DNA of 64,000 nt from Camelus ferus (GCF_009834535.1 NC_045707.1:8060001-8124000), one strand, 5' to 3'. Shown: positions 48,331 through 61,350, counted from the stretch's first letter. Program-made: numbers and translations. The notes: generated by a model from the letters alone, not told the origin.

Positions 48331-49939
48331 CTATTAAAAAAATATGTATTTTTTTTAAAGAAAACCTTGGATGAGGGAGGAGAGGTGTGTATTTTTCAGT
48401 GATTTAAGCCTGACCCAATCTTGGTGTTTATCCTGGGACGCATCCACAGAAAATCTATGGTTTGCCTCCTTCACGGGTGAGATGGAAATGCAGAGACAGC
48501 CTGGAGAACGAAGGAAATCGATCTGAACTGCGAGCAGAGCTGAGGAGGTTGGTAAGTGCGAGGAATAAAAGCAGCTCTTCACCAGGTTTTGCCTCCAGAT
48601 CTGACAGCTCCTGAATAGGGCCACTGGCGGCCGTCGGAGCCTGGAGGACTCGGGAGGACCACAGTGACAGAAGCTGAAGTTAGCCATTCTCTTGCAAGTT
48701 CCTGACTGCTTCGGGGCGGAATGAATAATGCATCTCTGAAATTAATAAGGTACCGCTAGACACACAGCCAAAAGGCTTCAGGATGAAGAACGTTCCAAGT
48801 TCTGTACAGGCGCCCAAGTTTAAACTCCAGCAACGACGGTAAACCTCGGCGCACGCCGATCGTCTCCAAGGGCCGCCGCTATGGAGTTTAAGCTTCTACT
48901 TAAAACAGAGTTCTCTCAACTGCTCTGGGTGAAGATTTCCAAATAATCGGTAGCAGAATTAAAGAAAAATCAAGCATTTAAAAACCTGTTTTCGTTTCTC
49001 CGAGGACAACGACTGTTCTTATATTGAAATCTGCATCAGTGGTGAAGGATCTGATTGTTAAAGCAGAGTCGCCAGGAAACGTGATTCCTTTGTCAATGTA
49101 GTTCAGTCATTTAAAAACATAAAATCCGCCCATGGCTCTCGGGTGAGCTTAGCTACAGAGCAGGCACAGGCGGGATAGTTCTGCTGGTAATTTGCTGACC
49201 TGTTGAGGTTCGTGAGTCTGGAGCCCAGTGGCGCCCGGACCGGAGAGGTCAACGTTAGAATCGTCAGTATCAACGTGGTGTTTATATAACCACATGCCTG
49301 CTCTTCACTTATGACAACCTGCCTTCTAACTGTGTGTGTGAGTGATTGTCCATGTGAGCAGGTAAGTGATATGTTTGTTGAATGAATGAATGAGCGAATG
49401 AATGAATAAGTAACAGGCAAACACCCAGTTGCTACCCAGTATGATGACTCTACTGGAAGAGCATCCAGGGATGGAGAGACACCCAGGAGGTGACCAGCCG
49501 GGCCTGGGAGACAGTCAGGTGGGAGAAGGCAGGTGGGGAGAGAGCCACCTGCGTGTGCAAAGCCCTGGGGGTGTCGAGGATGGCTTGTTTAGGACAACTG
49601 TGAATTGCTGTTGGGGGAGATGGGGCACAAAGTTGGAGAGTTAGAAGGTGCCAGGACCGTGGAGGGCCTCATCCACCAGGCCAAGGAGTGACTGGCCGCA
49701 CTTGGGAAGCCTTTGAATAATTAAGCCAGTGATCAGACTTGGGTTTGGCTGATTAGGAGACCTTGGCCTTGGTCCAGATAAGAGACGACGGGTTGCAGGA
49801 ATGAAGTCCGGCTCACAGAGGAGGGCTGTATAAGAGATGTGAAGGCAGATCGCCAGCACAGCTGCAGGTCCAGGAGAGGGAGGAGCCCCTGGTGACCCCC
49901 CATTCCAGCCAGGGGGACTGCCTGACCTCGCTAAGCACA

Positions 49940-50315
49940 GCAGACCTCGGTGATAGCCTCCAAATATGGGTGGTCTCCTTTGGGGAGCACTGCTCTGCTC
50001 CCTTGGCACTGGTGTTGGACAGAAGGTCCAAAATCAAGGTCCCAATCCCCAGGGCCACACTTTCTCTGAAGGCTCTGGGAGAATTTTCCCACACCTTTCT
50101 CTAGCTTCTGGTGTCGCGGGGAACCCTGGGTGGGTGTTGGCTTGTGGACGTAGCACCCCCACCTCTGCCTCCATCTTCACACAGGCTCTCCGGGTCCTAT
50201 GGACTCATCTTGACTCGATCACGCCTGCAAAGACCCTATTTCCAAATAAGGTCACATCCCCAGGTACCAGGGTCAGGGTTTCAACATGTTTTGGGGAAAC
50301 AATTCAACGCATAAC
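49940..50315. mobile_element. MaLR solo LTR (MLT1B/C-like)
   Basis: gaaggtccaaaatcaaggt...ctctgaaggctctgggaga...gaccctatttccaaataaggtcacat...tttcaacatgttttgggg. Confidence 0.75.
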
Positions 50316-51659
50316 CACTGTCACTACGTAACACGCCCTGGGAAGGACTGAGCAGGGGATGGAGGAGTGAAGTGGGCAGCGGAGAACAGAACATCCTTTC
50401 TAGAAAAGTGTCTGGGAGAAGAGAGGCGGAAGGTGAAGGGGTCAGGATGGGAGAGACCCTCAGAATGGCCTTGGGAGCCTCATTCTGGTGACAATGGATC
50501 CTTTACTAAAATGAGGAGCTGGGTTTCAAAGAGAGACCTTTATACGTCAGTGGGGGGCCAACCGCCCAGACCCTCACAATGGCCTTCTGTGCACGGATGG
50601 CCCCGCACCTCCTCCCTGTCCTGCTGCCCAGCTCCCACCGGGTCACCCTTGAAGGAAAAGGGGGAGGACAGGAGAGTGGCCAGCACGTGATTTTTTAAAA
50701 GAAATTATTTGAAACAAGTAGTTGGATGATTTCAAAATACATTGCAAATGCCAGCAAGCTCCCCGGCCAGGGCTTGGGTTCCCACTGAGCTTTTGTTCTT
50801 GTAGGATCCTGGCTGCGCATCTTGTTAATACAGCTCATGTGTTCAAGGGATGTCTTCTGAACGTCAACATTTCTGAGAAAACAAGTGGTGTCCCTGGGGG
50901 CAACTTTCTTATCCCAGAAGCCCGGGCTGACCCTTTAAGAAAAGAGTACGGTATAGCTGGGCCACTCAGAGTGAGACACAGGAACCGAAAAGCCAGAGGC
51001 GTGGGCTTCTCTTGGCGCTGCGGTACAAATGCAGGGTCTCGGTCCAGCCCGGCCCTCCTCCTCCAGGACCTACAGTTTCTCACGGTCCCCAGGCGACCTG
51101 TGTGCATTCAAGACTGAGAAACGCCCGGGAGGCTTGAAGTCAACGTGGTTTGATCCCTTCAGGCCTCCCTCTCTTTGCAGACTAGACCCCAACCCTCCTG
51201 CCAACATAGGCTTCGTCAGGCCCCCCTTCCTTCCTGAACAGGCAGCCAGAAAGCGAGTGACAGTAAAGCTTTACTTCCTAATCTGTCCTTGTATTTCCAC
51301 CCTATGCCGCCTTCCTCTCTCATTTCCTCATTGCTAAAACTGTCACCTGGGCTGAGTGTCAGAAGGAGCCATAAATAATTTGCATCAATCAATAAACGCT
51401 CTTCTGCGTGGATGCAAATGTCACAATAATCCCAAGTGGCAGGAGTAATCTCCGGCAATAATTACCACCAACCTCCTGTCAGTCATTTGCCTTTCATCAG
51501 CCAGCCAGCCAGCCAGCCAGCAAACACGGACTGAGCTCTGAGTGGGTGCAAGGCTTTGGGTGGGGTGCAAAGGCAGAGATGATATTGCCTGTCTGGGGGA
51601 GAAGGGCCATGATGGGGTCAGCTGGGAGCTCTGGGAAAACTGGAGGCAGGAATGCCACA

Positions 51660-51840
51660 GGGGGATGGGGAGGAAGGTCAGGGAGGGGGAGAATGGGAGG
51701 AGGATGGGGGAAGAGGACGATAGGAGGGAGAATGTGGGGGAGGATGGGGGAAATGAGGGGATGAGGAGGAGGATAGGGGAGGATGGGGGAGGGTGGGAGG
51801 ATGCTGGGGGGGGAGAGAAGGGGGAGGATGGGAAGAGGAC
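51660..51840 (+). repeat. Purine/G-rich degenerate minisatellite (GGAGGATGGGGGA-like units)
   Basis: Recurrent ggaggatgg(g)n units with almost no C on the + strand. Confidence 0.75.
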
Positions 51841-52269
51841 AGAGAGGGCTCAGACTACCTGCAGCCCCTTCTTCTGAGAAGCATTGTTCTCTCCTGTGCC
51901 CGCTCTGCAGTTCAGCTGGGGACCTTCTTGCAGGGCTGTGCAGCCCACACTGGAGGCCAGGGTCTGTGTGTGTTTCTCCCCATCCCTGTCTCCACTCTCC
52001 CCTCCAGGATGCAGGTGCAGCACTCTTTCCTTCTCTCTTTCCCCAGGGCTGGCCCTCTGGTGCGCCCTCTCCTGCCTCTCAGGACCTTTATTCTCCGCTC
52101 TCCCACACTTGGCTCATCAGCGTGACCTTCCATCTCTCTTTCCTGTTACTTCTCCTGCCTAGGAAGGTCTTAGTCTCCCCCACACCCCAAGGCAGTACTT
52201 TTCTGTTTATTCCATTACCTTTACTTTCAGGGCCTGATTTATTATTGGGTCTTAGATGCAGGCTTAAAA

Positions 52270-52700
52270 AAATAGTGATAAAATATACATAAGGGAAAAT
52301 TCTCTATTTCAACCATTTACAACGCACAGGTTAGTGGCACTGAGTACATTCACACTGTTGTGCGGCCATCACCACCATCATCTCCAGAACTCCGTTCACT
52401 TTGCAAAGGTGAAACTCTGTCCCCATTAACACTAACTCCCCATCTCCCCTCCCCCAGCCCCTGACCACCGTCATTCAACTTACTGTCTCTGTGAATCTGA
52501 CTCCTCTAGGAACCTCGTGCAAGTGGCCATCCTTACAGAATTTGTCCTCTTGTGTCTGGCTTATCTCATTTGGCATAGTGTCCTCGAGATTCATCCATAC
52601 TGAAGCGTGTGTCAGACTCTCATGTTCACATGTCTGCATAGACCACACTTTGTTTATCCATTCATCTGTGGTGGACGTTAGCTTTGTCTCTACCTTTAGA
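52270..52700 (-). mobile_element. L1MA/MB relic
   Basis: agtacattcacactgttgtgcggccatcaccaccatcatctccagaac...gaaactctgtccccattaacactaactcccc. Confidence 0.8.
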
Positions 52701-54169
52701 GACAGGCTTTTATGATTCATCAAATATTTACTGAATATCTACCTTGGGGAAGGCATAATGCATCTAGGGAAAAAAAGACTCATTTTGCATTTTTCTTTCC
52801 GATTACAAGAAAGCCACTGCATTTAGTTGTAGAAAAGCGTTTTGAGTTGCGATCGCCAAGGCTGACTTTTAGAACCCTCTGCAGGTTGTATTACGGGCAG
52901 CTGCACGGTCAGCCACCCGAGGGCTAGGGCCTGGGCCGGCTGCAGCTGCCATAGTGCTTCTGGGGAAAAAAAATCAGCTGCACATTTGAACAGTTCTTTA
53001 TAATAAATATTTAACTAGCACTGATGATCGAATAGCCTTTTCAAGCCTTGCATTTTACTGATTTCCTTGCAAATTTGAAATTTTGACAGTCTTCAGATAA
53101 TCTATCACACCGACTTGAGCTTCACATTTTAATACTCTCCTGACGCCAGAGCGTAATTGGCTCACAGCCACTCCGCCTCCGGGTCTCTGTTAGCCGCGAA
53201 CTACAGCAGGTGCGGTGGGCGACCTCGGGACACGTTCTAATGTGCGAATCGTGAACCGGAACAAAGGGAAATATGTCTCACTCATGCAGGAGACCGCATT
53301 TTCAGCAGAAGATCGTGCGCCTCCTGTCTGAGTATCCACTTTCTCCATCAAAATGCAGTCGGATTAGTCCTGAAGTCAGTTCCATTTGCTCTGCATAAAT
53401 AGTTTGTAACGCTTGTACTGAGAGATAGAGAGGCAGGGTTCAAATCAGCCATTTCCTCTTGACAGAGTATTTGAAGATTCAAAGTTAGGCCCCCATAAAG
53501 GTTTATATCTATGTAAAATAAATGTGTATATGTGCACACACATATGTGTAAAATGTACACACATACGTACATGGGTCTTTTCAATGGCTAATTTAATTCC
53601 CTTCCCATGGAAACATCAGCCCCACTGGGCACGCCTTCTTGGTTTTGTGCACGGTGTGTCCCAAGGCCGGGACTCACGCCCCACACCCACCTTGACACCC
53701 AGTGTTTGTGGAATGAATGAGCACAGAAGCGTGAGAAGTCAAAAGCACAACTTGCTTTTCTCTGAACCCCGCATCGCGGATGGGGTCACAGGCCAGTCAC
53801 ATAGCTCCACCCCATACCCCACAACGTCCCCGAGCCCCGCTGGACTCTGCTGTGACTTGTGTCATCGCAGCTGCACGTTTTGGTGGTTCTCATTTTCCAA
53901 AAAGACAAGCCACACTGCAACAGACTCCTACCTGTGTATAACAGTGCAGACAGCTCTACAGACAAAATTATATAAAAAGTGGAATTGTTACCGACCCACT
54001 TTGGAAGTGCTGTGTTCATAGTGCATTTTTAATGTGAGGAAAGATTTTGTGTACTTCCTTGGAGTTCAGAGCAGCAGGATCTGAATCACTGGCACCTTAA
54101 AACGTTGGCTTGCAGTGGTACCATCATCGTGACAACTATTAGGACTTTCAGGCAAAAATGTGCTGTGAA

Positions 54170-54500
54170 TGAAATTCAGTTTTGGCACAACCTGCTTCCA
54201 AATCCCACCCAGTGCCGGCTTTTGCCCAGCCTGTGAGTTAAGAATGGGTTTATGTTTTACATATTTTGAAAAATAAAATCAAAAGAATAGTTCGTGACAC
54301 ATGAAAATGATAGGAAATCCAAACTTCTATGTGCAAAACAAACTTGTATGGCAATATAGCCACTCACTTGCTTACATATATTGCCTGCAGCTGCTTTCAG
54401 ATCATGACAGCAAAGTTGACTAGTTGTGACAGGCTGTATGGCCCGACAAGTGGGAAATACTTCCTGTCTGGCCCCTTACAGACCCCTGCCCTGGACCCCT
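54170..54500. mobile_element. MER58-like hAT MITE
   Basis: cagcctgtgagttaagaatgg...gccactcacttgcttacatatattgcctgcagctgctttc...tgtatggcccgacaag...ctggccccttacag. Confidence 0.65.
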
Positions 54501-57269
54501 GTCTTCCCCAGCTCCAGTGATGTTCTCATGACATGCTGTCATGGCTAAGTCTCCTGCTCCATCCGGCAGCCGGCAGCAAACTCACTGACCCAAAGTGCCC
54601 CCATTCTTCATCGTTCTCCCCTCCACCCAAAGCACAGTCCTCATTCCCTTACTGTGCCCAGAATAGATGGGAGGAGGAAAGCAAAGCCTTTTATTTTGCA
54701 GGCAGGTGATACAGCTGTGGTAAATGTATGGTGGGAGAAATTTAGACTAAGGTGTGACTGTCTACTAGGTCTGGCCTTTGTTCTCCCTCCCACGTAAGAG
54801 GTACTGGCATTTTTCAAGGAACTTGCTCTCTGAAGCTAGCTAGGGTGGCAGACCTTTTTGAAGAGGGTATAATCTTTTAGGGGGCTTTACTAGTTCTCCT
54901 CCATGGAAGATAGGTAACCTGGTGCCAACCTTTCATTCATTCCTCATCTATGAAATATTGACAGAAACAAAGTGTATATGTAGTCGCCTAATATGCAAAA
55001 AGAAAACTCAGAGGAGTTGCCAATAAATGGAAATCCAACTTCCCTTGTCTCAAAGTTTGCTGATGTTTCCAAAATCACTTGAGTGAAAGGCTGTTGATCA
55101 CTGCAGTCAGTGATTTGTGTTGCTCATGTGGTACAGGAAAAAGTGTGAGAACCACGGTTTTAAAATTCCAGGCAAGTATGGTCATCTCTGCATGCTCCTA
55201 GCATTTAAAGTGAAAATCATAGGTTCCTCTCTTGCCAGATCACTAAATTAGCAAACTGATTAAATAACGCCGTTGAAAAGACTATTTTGGATGTGATGAT
55301 TACAGCAGGCTTGAAAATGCTGCCCCGAAGGGCAGTCAGATTGCATCAGAAGTGTAACCTGGGGGAAATACGGCATTTTCTCCATCACTGAATCAATTAA
55401 GTATTTCCATCACTTCCCTACACACTTCTAACTCTCCTGAAATTGCTGGGAGGTTTGAAAATGAACAACACAAGGAAACATTTCACAGTCTCAGAGTGCC
55501 CTCAGATGAGCTCCCCTTCCTCTCCCAAAGAGCTAAAAGCCGCTTTCTGTGTTTTGAAAGATACCATTTCATTTTAGTTATACGAAGGGGAAATGAGAGA
55601 AGGCAATGAAGCTTTTAAACCTCTCTTTAGGTGCTTGCCGAGCTGCCGTATTACCACAGGAGACGTGTTGATAAGGAATGAAACCTGAATGCAGGTGAGG
55701 TAGAGAACTCAACTTACCCTGCCTGAGGGTGTCATGCATTCGCTTTCTTTTCCCCAAGACTTGATGGAGGTAAAACGACAAGCAGTGAAATGCACAACTC
55801 TCCAGCGCCCCCAGTGATGCTTTCTTACTTGGCTGCTAACCTGTGTGACCACCGGCCCGTCCCAGGTACGGATCACGTGCATTCGCCCAGCGTTTCCCGG
55901 GCCGTATCCAGGCAAGACCTTCTCGCCACAAGGGTGACCCCCTCTCAACATGGAAAAGAGACCACCTGTCACTGAGCTTCAAATAAGTGGATTTGCCCAC
56001 TGTGTGTTCTTGCACGTGGCTGCTCTGCTCGGCATGCTTCCGAGACACATCTGTGCCACTGCCTTCTTCGGTGGCTCGCTGGTGTTCCATTGTATGACTT
56101 ACACCAGCGGCTTGTTCATTCTCCTGCCTTATCACTGCTAAGGCTATTTGTGCGGTTTGCCTCAGCTGAAGGGTTAGGACCAGTTACATCCGTTTGCTCA
56201 CACAGTGCCTGTCCATTCGGGGAAGGCGGAAAGAATGGCAAAAATACTGAGGAACTGAGGTTGACCCAGACCGCACAGTATGGGGCATCGCCCAGGGTCT
56301 GGAATCCGGCACGTGCTCGTGGAATGTTTGTTCCTTATTCTTAATTAAGCTGATGAGGAACTGGACTCTTTGGAAGCCACAGTTCAGAAGCAAATCAAAT
56401 GGTTTTCCTTAATGGGGCAGCTGCATGTAATCTGATTTTCATAATTATTCTCCAAATGTAAAATGCATGCTGGCGGTGGCGTGGGCTGTATGTGCGTAGC
56501 ATCCTAAGGCATGGAAAACGGAGATGATGGGGACAGGAGCTAAGATCATATTTCTGCTTCTCGTTAAATTCTCTTTCTTATCAACAACCAAGAGTTTCCA
56601 ACCTTCATTCGAATATAGATGTTTGCTGTTCTGAAAGCAATTTGGAAAGCTGTTCTAGTTAGACTGCTCCCAGGAGAACGCTGTGCAAATTCCCCAGAAG
56701 CCAGGCCAGGAACGAGGGAAAATTTCTGGGGTTTAGATCATGGTTCCTCCATCCGCTAAACCTTAAGGAAAAAACCTAATTTATCCACAGACAGCAAGTC
56801 ATTTCTTGATTGTCATCTGCGGAGCACATGAGTCCAAAAATCTGTTACAACTAAAGCAATAATTTTTTTAAAAAGCTTCCAAGCTGCATTTAATAAGCAG
56901 TCATACTCTTCTCTAGTCCAAGAAGTGCAGGGGAAACAGAGCCCACGAGTGCAGCTTTTTTGTCTAAGACATCACAGGCCATCCCTCACCTCGGGGAAGG
57001 GAACGGCCATGAACTTTACCGAGAAGTCGTTGCTTTGCATAGATTTCTCAGCACTAAGTCCCACGCTTGCATTGGAAATATGATTATGTCTTTGCATATG
57101 ACATCTACAAAATTCCAGAACCCTAATGTCATGTGAGGCTTGGGTCACTTCCTCTTAAAATGGAGAATCACTTCATTGTAGCGAGTGGTCCTTCCTGAAG
57201 TAGGTGAGCTGTCATCACAACTTGAGTTATCTATCTTCCAGAGATATTCTTTCATAGTCCAATGGCTGT

Positions 57270-57400
57270 TTCCTTTTATTGAAGTATAGTCGATTTACAA
57301 TGTTGTATTAATTTCTGGTATACAGCATAGAGATTCATTTACACATATATGTGTGTGTGTGTGTGTGTGTATGTATGTCTATGTGTGTGTGTGTGTATAT
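57270..57400 (-). repeat. Short L1 3' terminus followed by a compound (TG)n/(TA)n microsatellite
   Basis: ttttattgaagtatagtcgatttacaatg..., then atatgtgtgtgtgtgtgtgtgtgtatgtatgtctatgtgtgtgtgtgtgtatata. Confidence 0.75.
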
Positions 57401-58019
57401 AAAATGGCATTTTTTTAAAGTAGGGATCTGACCTGTCTTTGTGTATTCAAATTAGCAGTGATGAAATTAAAATTGTAAATTCTGTGTGTCCACTGGGAAG
57501 CCCGACTCACTGATGGAACCTAAACAATCAGTTATTTACTGGGCACTCATGTCGTGCCCAGGAGTCTCTTTTCCATTTTCTTTCCCTGGGTATCTTTTCT
57601 GCTCACTCTCTCCCGCGTGCAGGCTCTCCATCTGGGGTCTATGGCTGTGCCGAGGGCAGTGGGAGGGTGGGGATGGGGTGGATGTGGGCGTCTGGAAGCG
57701 GTGTGCAGTCTCATACGTGCATTTCTCTAGAGTAGACTGTCTGTCCCGTGCATCAGATTCTCAAAGGGTCCAGGGACCCCTCGCTCTAGGTGACTGTATC
57801 CCTCAGCATTCAGAGCTGTCACGTCCCGACTGTCACTGTACCATTGGGATCTCAATAGCCACATTCATCATCTTTCCATATTTTCTCCAGTTTGGTTAGT
57901 GACATCCCAAGTCAGGCCATGCAGGTAAGAAGCCTCAGAGCCCTCTGACTCTTCACTCTCCCTAAACCTCAGCCATTTGTTCCCCACGTGTTGTGGTTTG
58001 CAGCCCTGAAGGTTCATTC

Positions 58020-58728
58020 TTTTAAAAAATTTCTAAAATTTTTTTAATTGAAGTATAGTCAGTTTACATTGTTGTGTTAACTTCTGGTGTACAGCATAAT
58101 GTTTCAGTCATCCATATATATCCATATATTCCTTTTCATATTCTTTTTTATTATGGGTCACTACAAGATAGTGGACATAGTTCTCTGCACTATACAATAT
58201 ATACTTGTGGTTTATCTATCTTATATATAGTAGTATCTGCAAATCTGGAACTCCCAGTTTATCCTTTCCCATTCCCTTTCACCCCTGGTGACCATAAGTT
58301 TGTCTTCTATGTCTGTGAGTCTGTCTGTTTTGTAAATAAGCTCATTTGTGTCTTGTTTTAGGTTCCCACATGTAAGCAATATATTTGTCTTTCTCTTCCT
58401 GGCTTGCTTCACTTAGAATGACAATCTCCAAGTCCATTCATGTTGTTGCAAATGGCATTATTTTATTCTTTTTTATGGCTGAGTAGTATTCTGTTGTATA
58501 TACACCACAACTTCTTTATGCAGTCATCTGTCAAAGGACATTTAGATGGTTTCTGTGTCTTGGCTATTGTAAATAACGCTGCTGTGAACATTGAGGTCCA
58601 TGTATCTTTTCAGCATATGCCCAGGAGTGGGATTGCTGGATCACATGGTAAGTCTATTTTTAGTTTTTTAGGGGATCTCCATACTGATTTCCACAGTGAC
58701 TGCAGCAAGCTATGTTCGCACCAACAGT
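58020..58728 (-). mobile_element. L1 3' region running into the assembly gap
   Basis: attgaagtatagtcagtttac...tggcattattttattcttttttatggctgagtagtattc...gagtgggattgctggatcacatggtaag...caccaacagt. Confidence 0.88.
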
Positions 58729-58886
58729 NNNNNNNNNNNNNNNNNNNNNNNNNNNNNNNNNNNNNNNNNNNNNNNNNNNNNNNNNNNNNNNNNNNNNNNN
58801 NNNNNNNNNNNNNNNNNNNNNNNNNNNNNNNNNNNNNNNNNNNNNNNNNNNNNNNNNNNNNNNNNNNNNNNNNNNNNNNNNNNNNN
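58729..58886. other. Assembly gap (158 N)
   Basis: Run of n characters adjacent to the L1. Confidence 0.99.
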
Positions 58887-60149
58887 CTTATCTGTCCCTT
58901 CCTGCTGCCACAGGCACCTCTGGCCTCGCCCGGTTCAGCAGCTCCCGCATCGGGTCTCTGGCTCAGGGTTTGCTTCCATCATCCTCTGCATCCACCCTCT
59001 GCTCAGACCCCTCCAGTGGCTCAGGGTTCCTTGGGCAGGCCCTCCGACCCCATTCCCTCACCCCACTCACTCAGTCACACCAGGCAGCCTGAACTCCTGT
59101 CTTGTCCCCTCCCCTCACCCCTCCCAGGTGCCCGTGTCTTTCCTTGCATTCTCCCTTCTCGGACAGAGCCTGCTCTCCCTTCACTGAATGAAGGCAAAGG
59201 TTCCCTTCATTGTCCCATCCTTGTCCCTTCATCTGCATCTTCTCTGCCCGCTCCCCTCCCACCTTGGTGGGCTCCTGACTGCAGGACTCGGCATCCTGCG
59301 CCAGTGCGTGGTGTGCACGTGCTCCTGGATGACAAGCTTTGCAGGGCAAGGCTCTGTCCCTGTGGTCAGTGCACTCCCTGCGGGAGGACAGGCCTGGCTC
59401 CCATTTGGCCAACAGAAACGTTTGCTGAGGGGAACTGAAGGGGTTAGAGTGCTGTGGGGCACAGAGCCAGCACAAAGAGAGATGGAAAAACAGCCTTAAC
59501 CACACGAGCAGACCTAGAATCCCCAGCTCCTCCCCCACGGGACCTCCTCTGATAGTCCTTATCTGCTGGTGAACGACTCCACCCACCATCCTGGGCCGGA
59601 CTGGAAACAGCCTTATCTCTTCTCTTCTCACTCCTTCCAGTTTGGGTCCCCTTCCACCCAGGAGCCTCTCCAGAAACCTGTTCACTTCCCTCCTAAGTCA
59701 CTGGTTTCTCTGCCTCCGACTGTACTCTTTCTCCACTCACTGTCGCACATCACCCAGAGTCAACATGTAGAACCCGAGTCGGCCACATCACCTCCATCTT
59801 AAAACCCTTCCTCGGCTTAAAAGGCCTGCCTCGTCCTCTTCCCTCTTCGCTCCCTGGGGTCCTCACACTGTCCCCTCTGGTCCAGCTCTTCCCCGGGCCG
59901 GAAGACCCGCCCAAGAGTCCGCGCCAGCGCTTGTGTCTGTGTGTTCACTGCGCCTCCTGGGGAAACATCCCGAGCTCGCCTAGGACTGGTGAGGTGTTCA
60001 CCAGAGCAGCTATGCGCCGGCGTTGCCCACCATGCTGGAAGCTTCTTAAGGATGGGGACAGTTCACAGGGGTTCCCCAGCCCCAGTCCTGGTTGTGGGTA
60101 AAAAGCTCAGCCAGTGAAATGACTTATGTGTGTGGTTATTCGATGGACG

Positions 60150-61350
60150 TTGGCCGCGCTGCCTCCTAGAGCCCGGGTCCGGTCAGCAGAGCCCGCCAAG
60201 CCCAGGGCTCAAACGTTAGAACAAAAGAAGGCAGGGCGAGCCCTCGATCTGTCCCAGCGGCGGCCCTGAGGAGCGGATGCACCGCTTCCCTCGGAGAGCG
60301 AGTGTGACGCGCCGCGTGGGAACGGCGGGCAGCCCGCGGGCTGAAGTGGTGACCGCACAGCCCGAGGCGGCGCAGACCTCCGGCGGCGGGAGCCGCAGGG
60401 CCGGGGCGGGCGGGGGGCGGGGGCCGGCGTGGGGCCGCGCCCTCCCGGCCACTCCCCGGGGCGAGCGGGCGGCGGCGTTGGCGGCGGCGACCGGGGCGGC
60501 TCTCACACGCGCTGCGCCCGCGCCCGGCCGCCGGGGGTCCCCGCGCGCCCCATGTCCTCCGCGCCGCTGCGCTCGCCCGCCCTGCGGCCGCACAGGATGA
60601 AGAAGGACGAGTCGTTCCTCGGCAAGCTGGGCGGCACGCTGGGGAGGAAGAAGAAGGCCAAGGAGGGTGAGTGCGCCCGCCGCCGGCCTCCTGCCGCGCA
60701 CGCGCCGCGCCCCGCCCCGCCGGCCCAGGGCGGGAGGCTGCTCGGCCCCGGGTGGGTGGCTGTCCCGCCCCGCGCGCACGCGCCGCCCCGCGCCCCGCCG
60801 GCCCCCGACGGGCTGGCCGCCGGCACCGCGCGCCCGCTGCTCTCCGGGCCCCGCGCGGCGCCCAGCCGTGACCTTCCGGACAGCCCTTGACCCTGGCTCG
60901 TTCCTCCTCCCGAGACCTTTAAGCGCTGGCCCGGAACCAGACGCGAGGCCCCCTCCCCCAGCGGCTGGTCGAGTCCCTTTTGGGCTCCTGGCGTCGCCCC
61001 GAGGCGCATCGCCGGCTCCTGCTGAGGGCAGGACGCGGAGCCAGCATCGGGCGAGGCCTTGGTACGCGGAGGACAGCCCCGCGCCCACCCCGGCCTGAGT
61101 CGCCATTTACTTAGCCCCGCTCTCGGGCAGCACCGCCCGCAGGCCGGCCCATCCAGCCGTACCTTCTCACCCCTCAGGGCACCCGCTGCGGTGTGGGCAC
61201 CGGCCCGGGCCCCGCGGTGGTCGCGGATGCGTCCCCAGCCGCGGAAGGGGAGGAGGGAAGGGGACGCGGCGCGGCCGGCCTGAGGCTGCGGGGCCTGCCG
61301 GCGAGGACTGCAGAGGCCCTCCTATTTTTGACTGCACGTGCCCACGAAAA
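60150..61350. promoter_or_regulatory. PARVB CpG-island promoter
   Basis: Very GC- and CpG-rich; stacked GC boxes ggggcgggcggggggcgggg (~60403-60423) upstream of the ATG. Confidence 0.85.
60552..60666 (+). CDS. PARVB: PARVB (beta-parvin/affixin) coding exon 1; gene continues beyond the window
   Basis: MSSAPLRSPALRPHRMKKDESFLGKLGGTLGRKKKAKE+G with donor g|gtgagt at 60667. Matches recalled human MSSAPRSPTPRPRRMKKDESFLGKLGGTLARKRRARE(V) and the SAMM50-PARVB synteny. Confidence 0.95.

Noticed and set aside
58440-59438. 332-aa ORF
   Set aside because: Artefact: it reads antisense through an L1 and across the N gap.
60216-61106. 296-aa antisense ORF and other long ORFs over the PARVB promoter
   Set aside because: Stop-codon depletion in a CpG island; Gly/Ala/Arg/Pro-rich with no coding signal.
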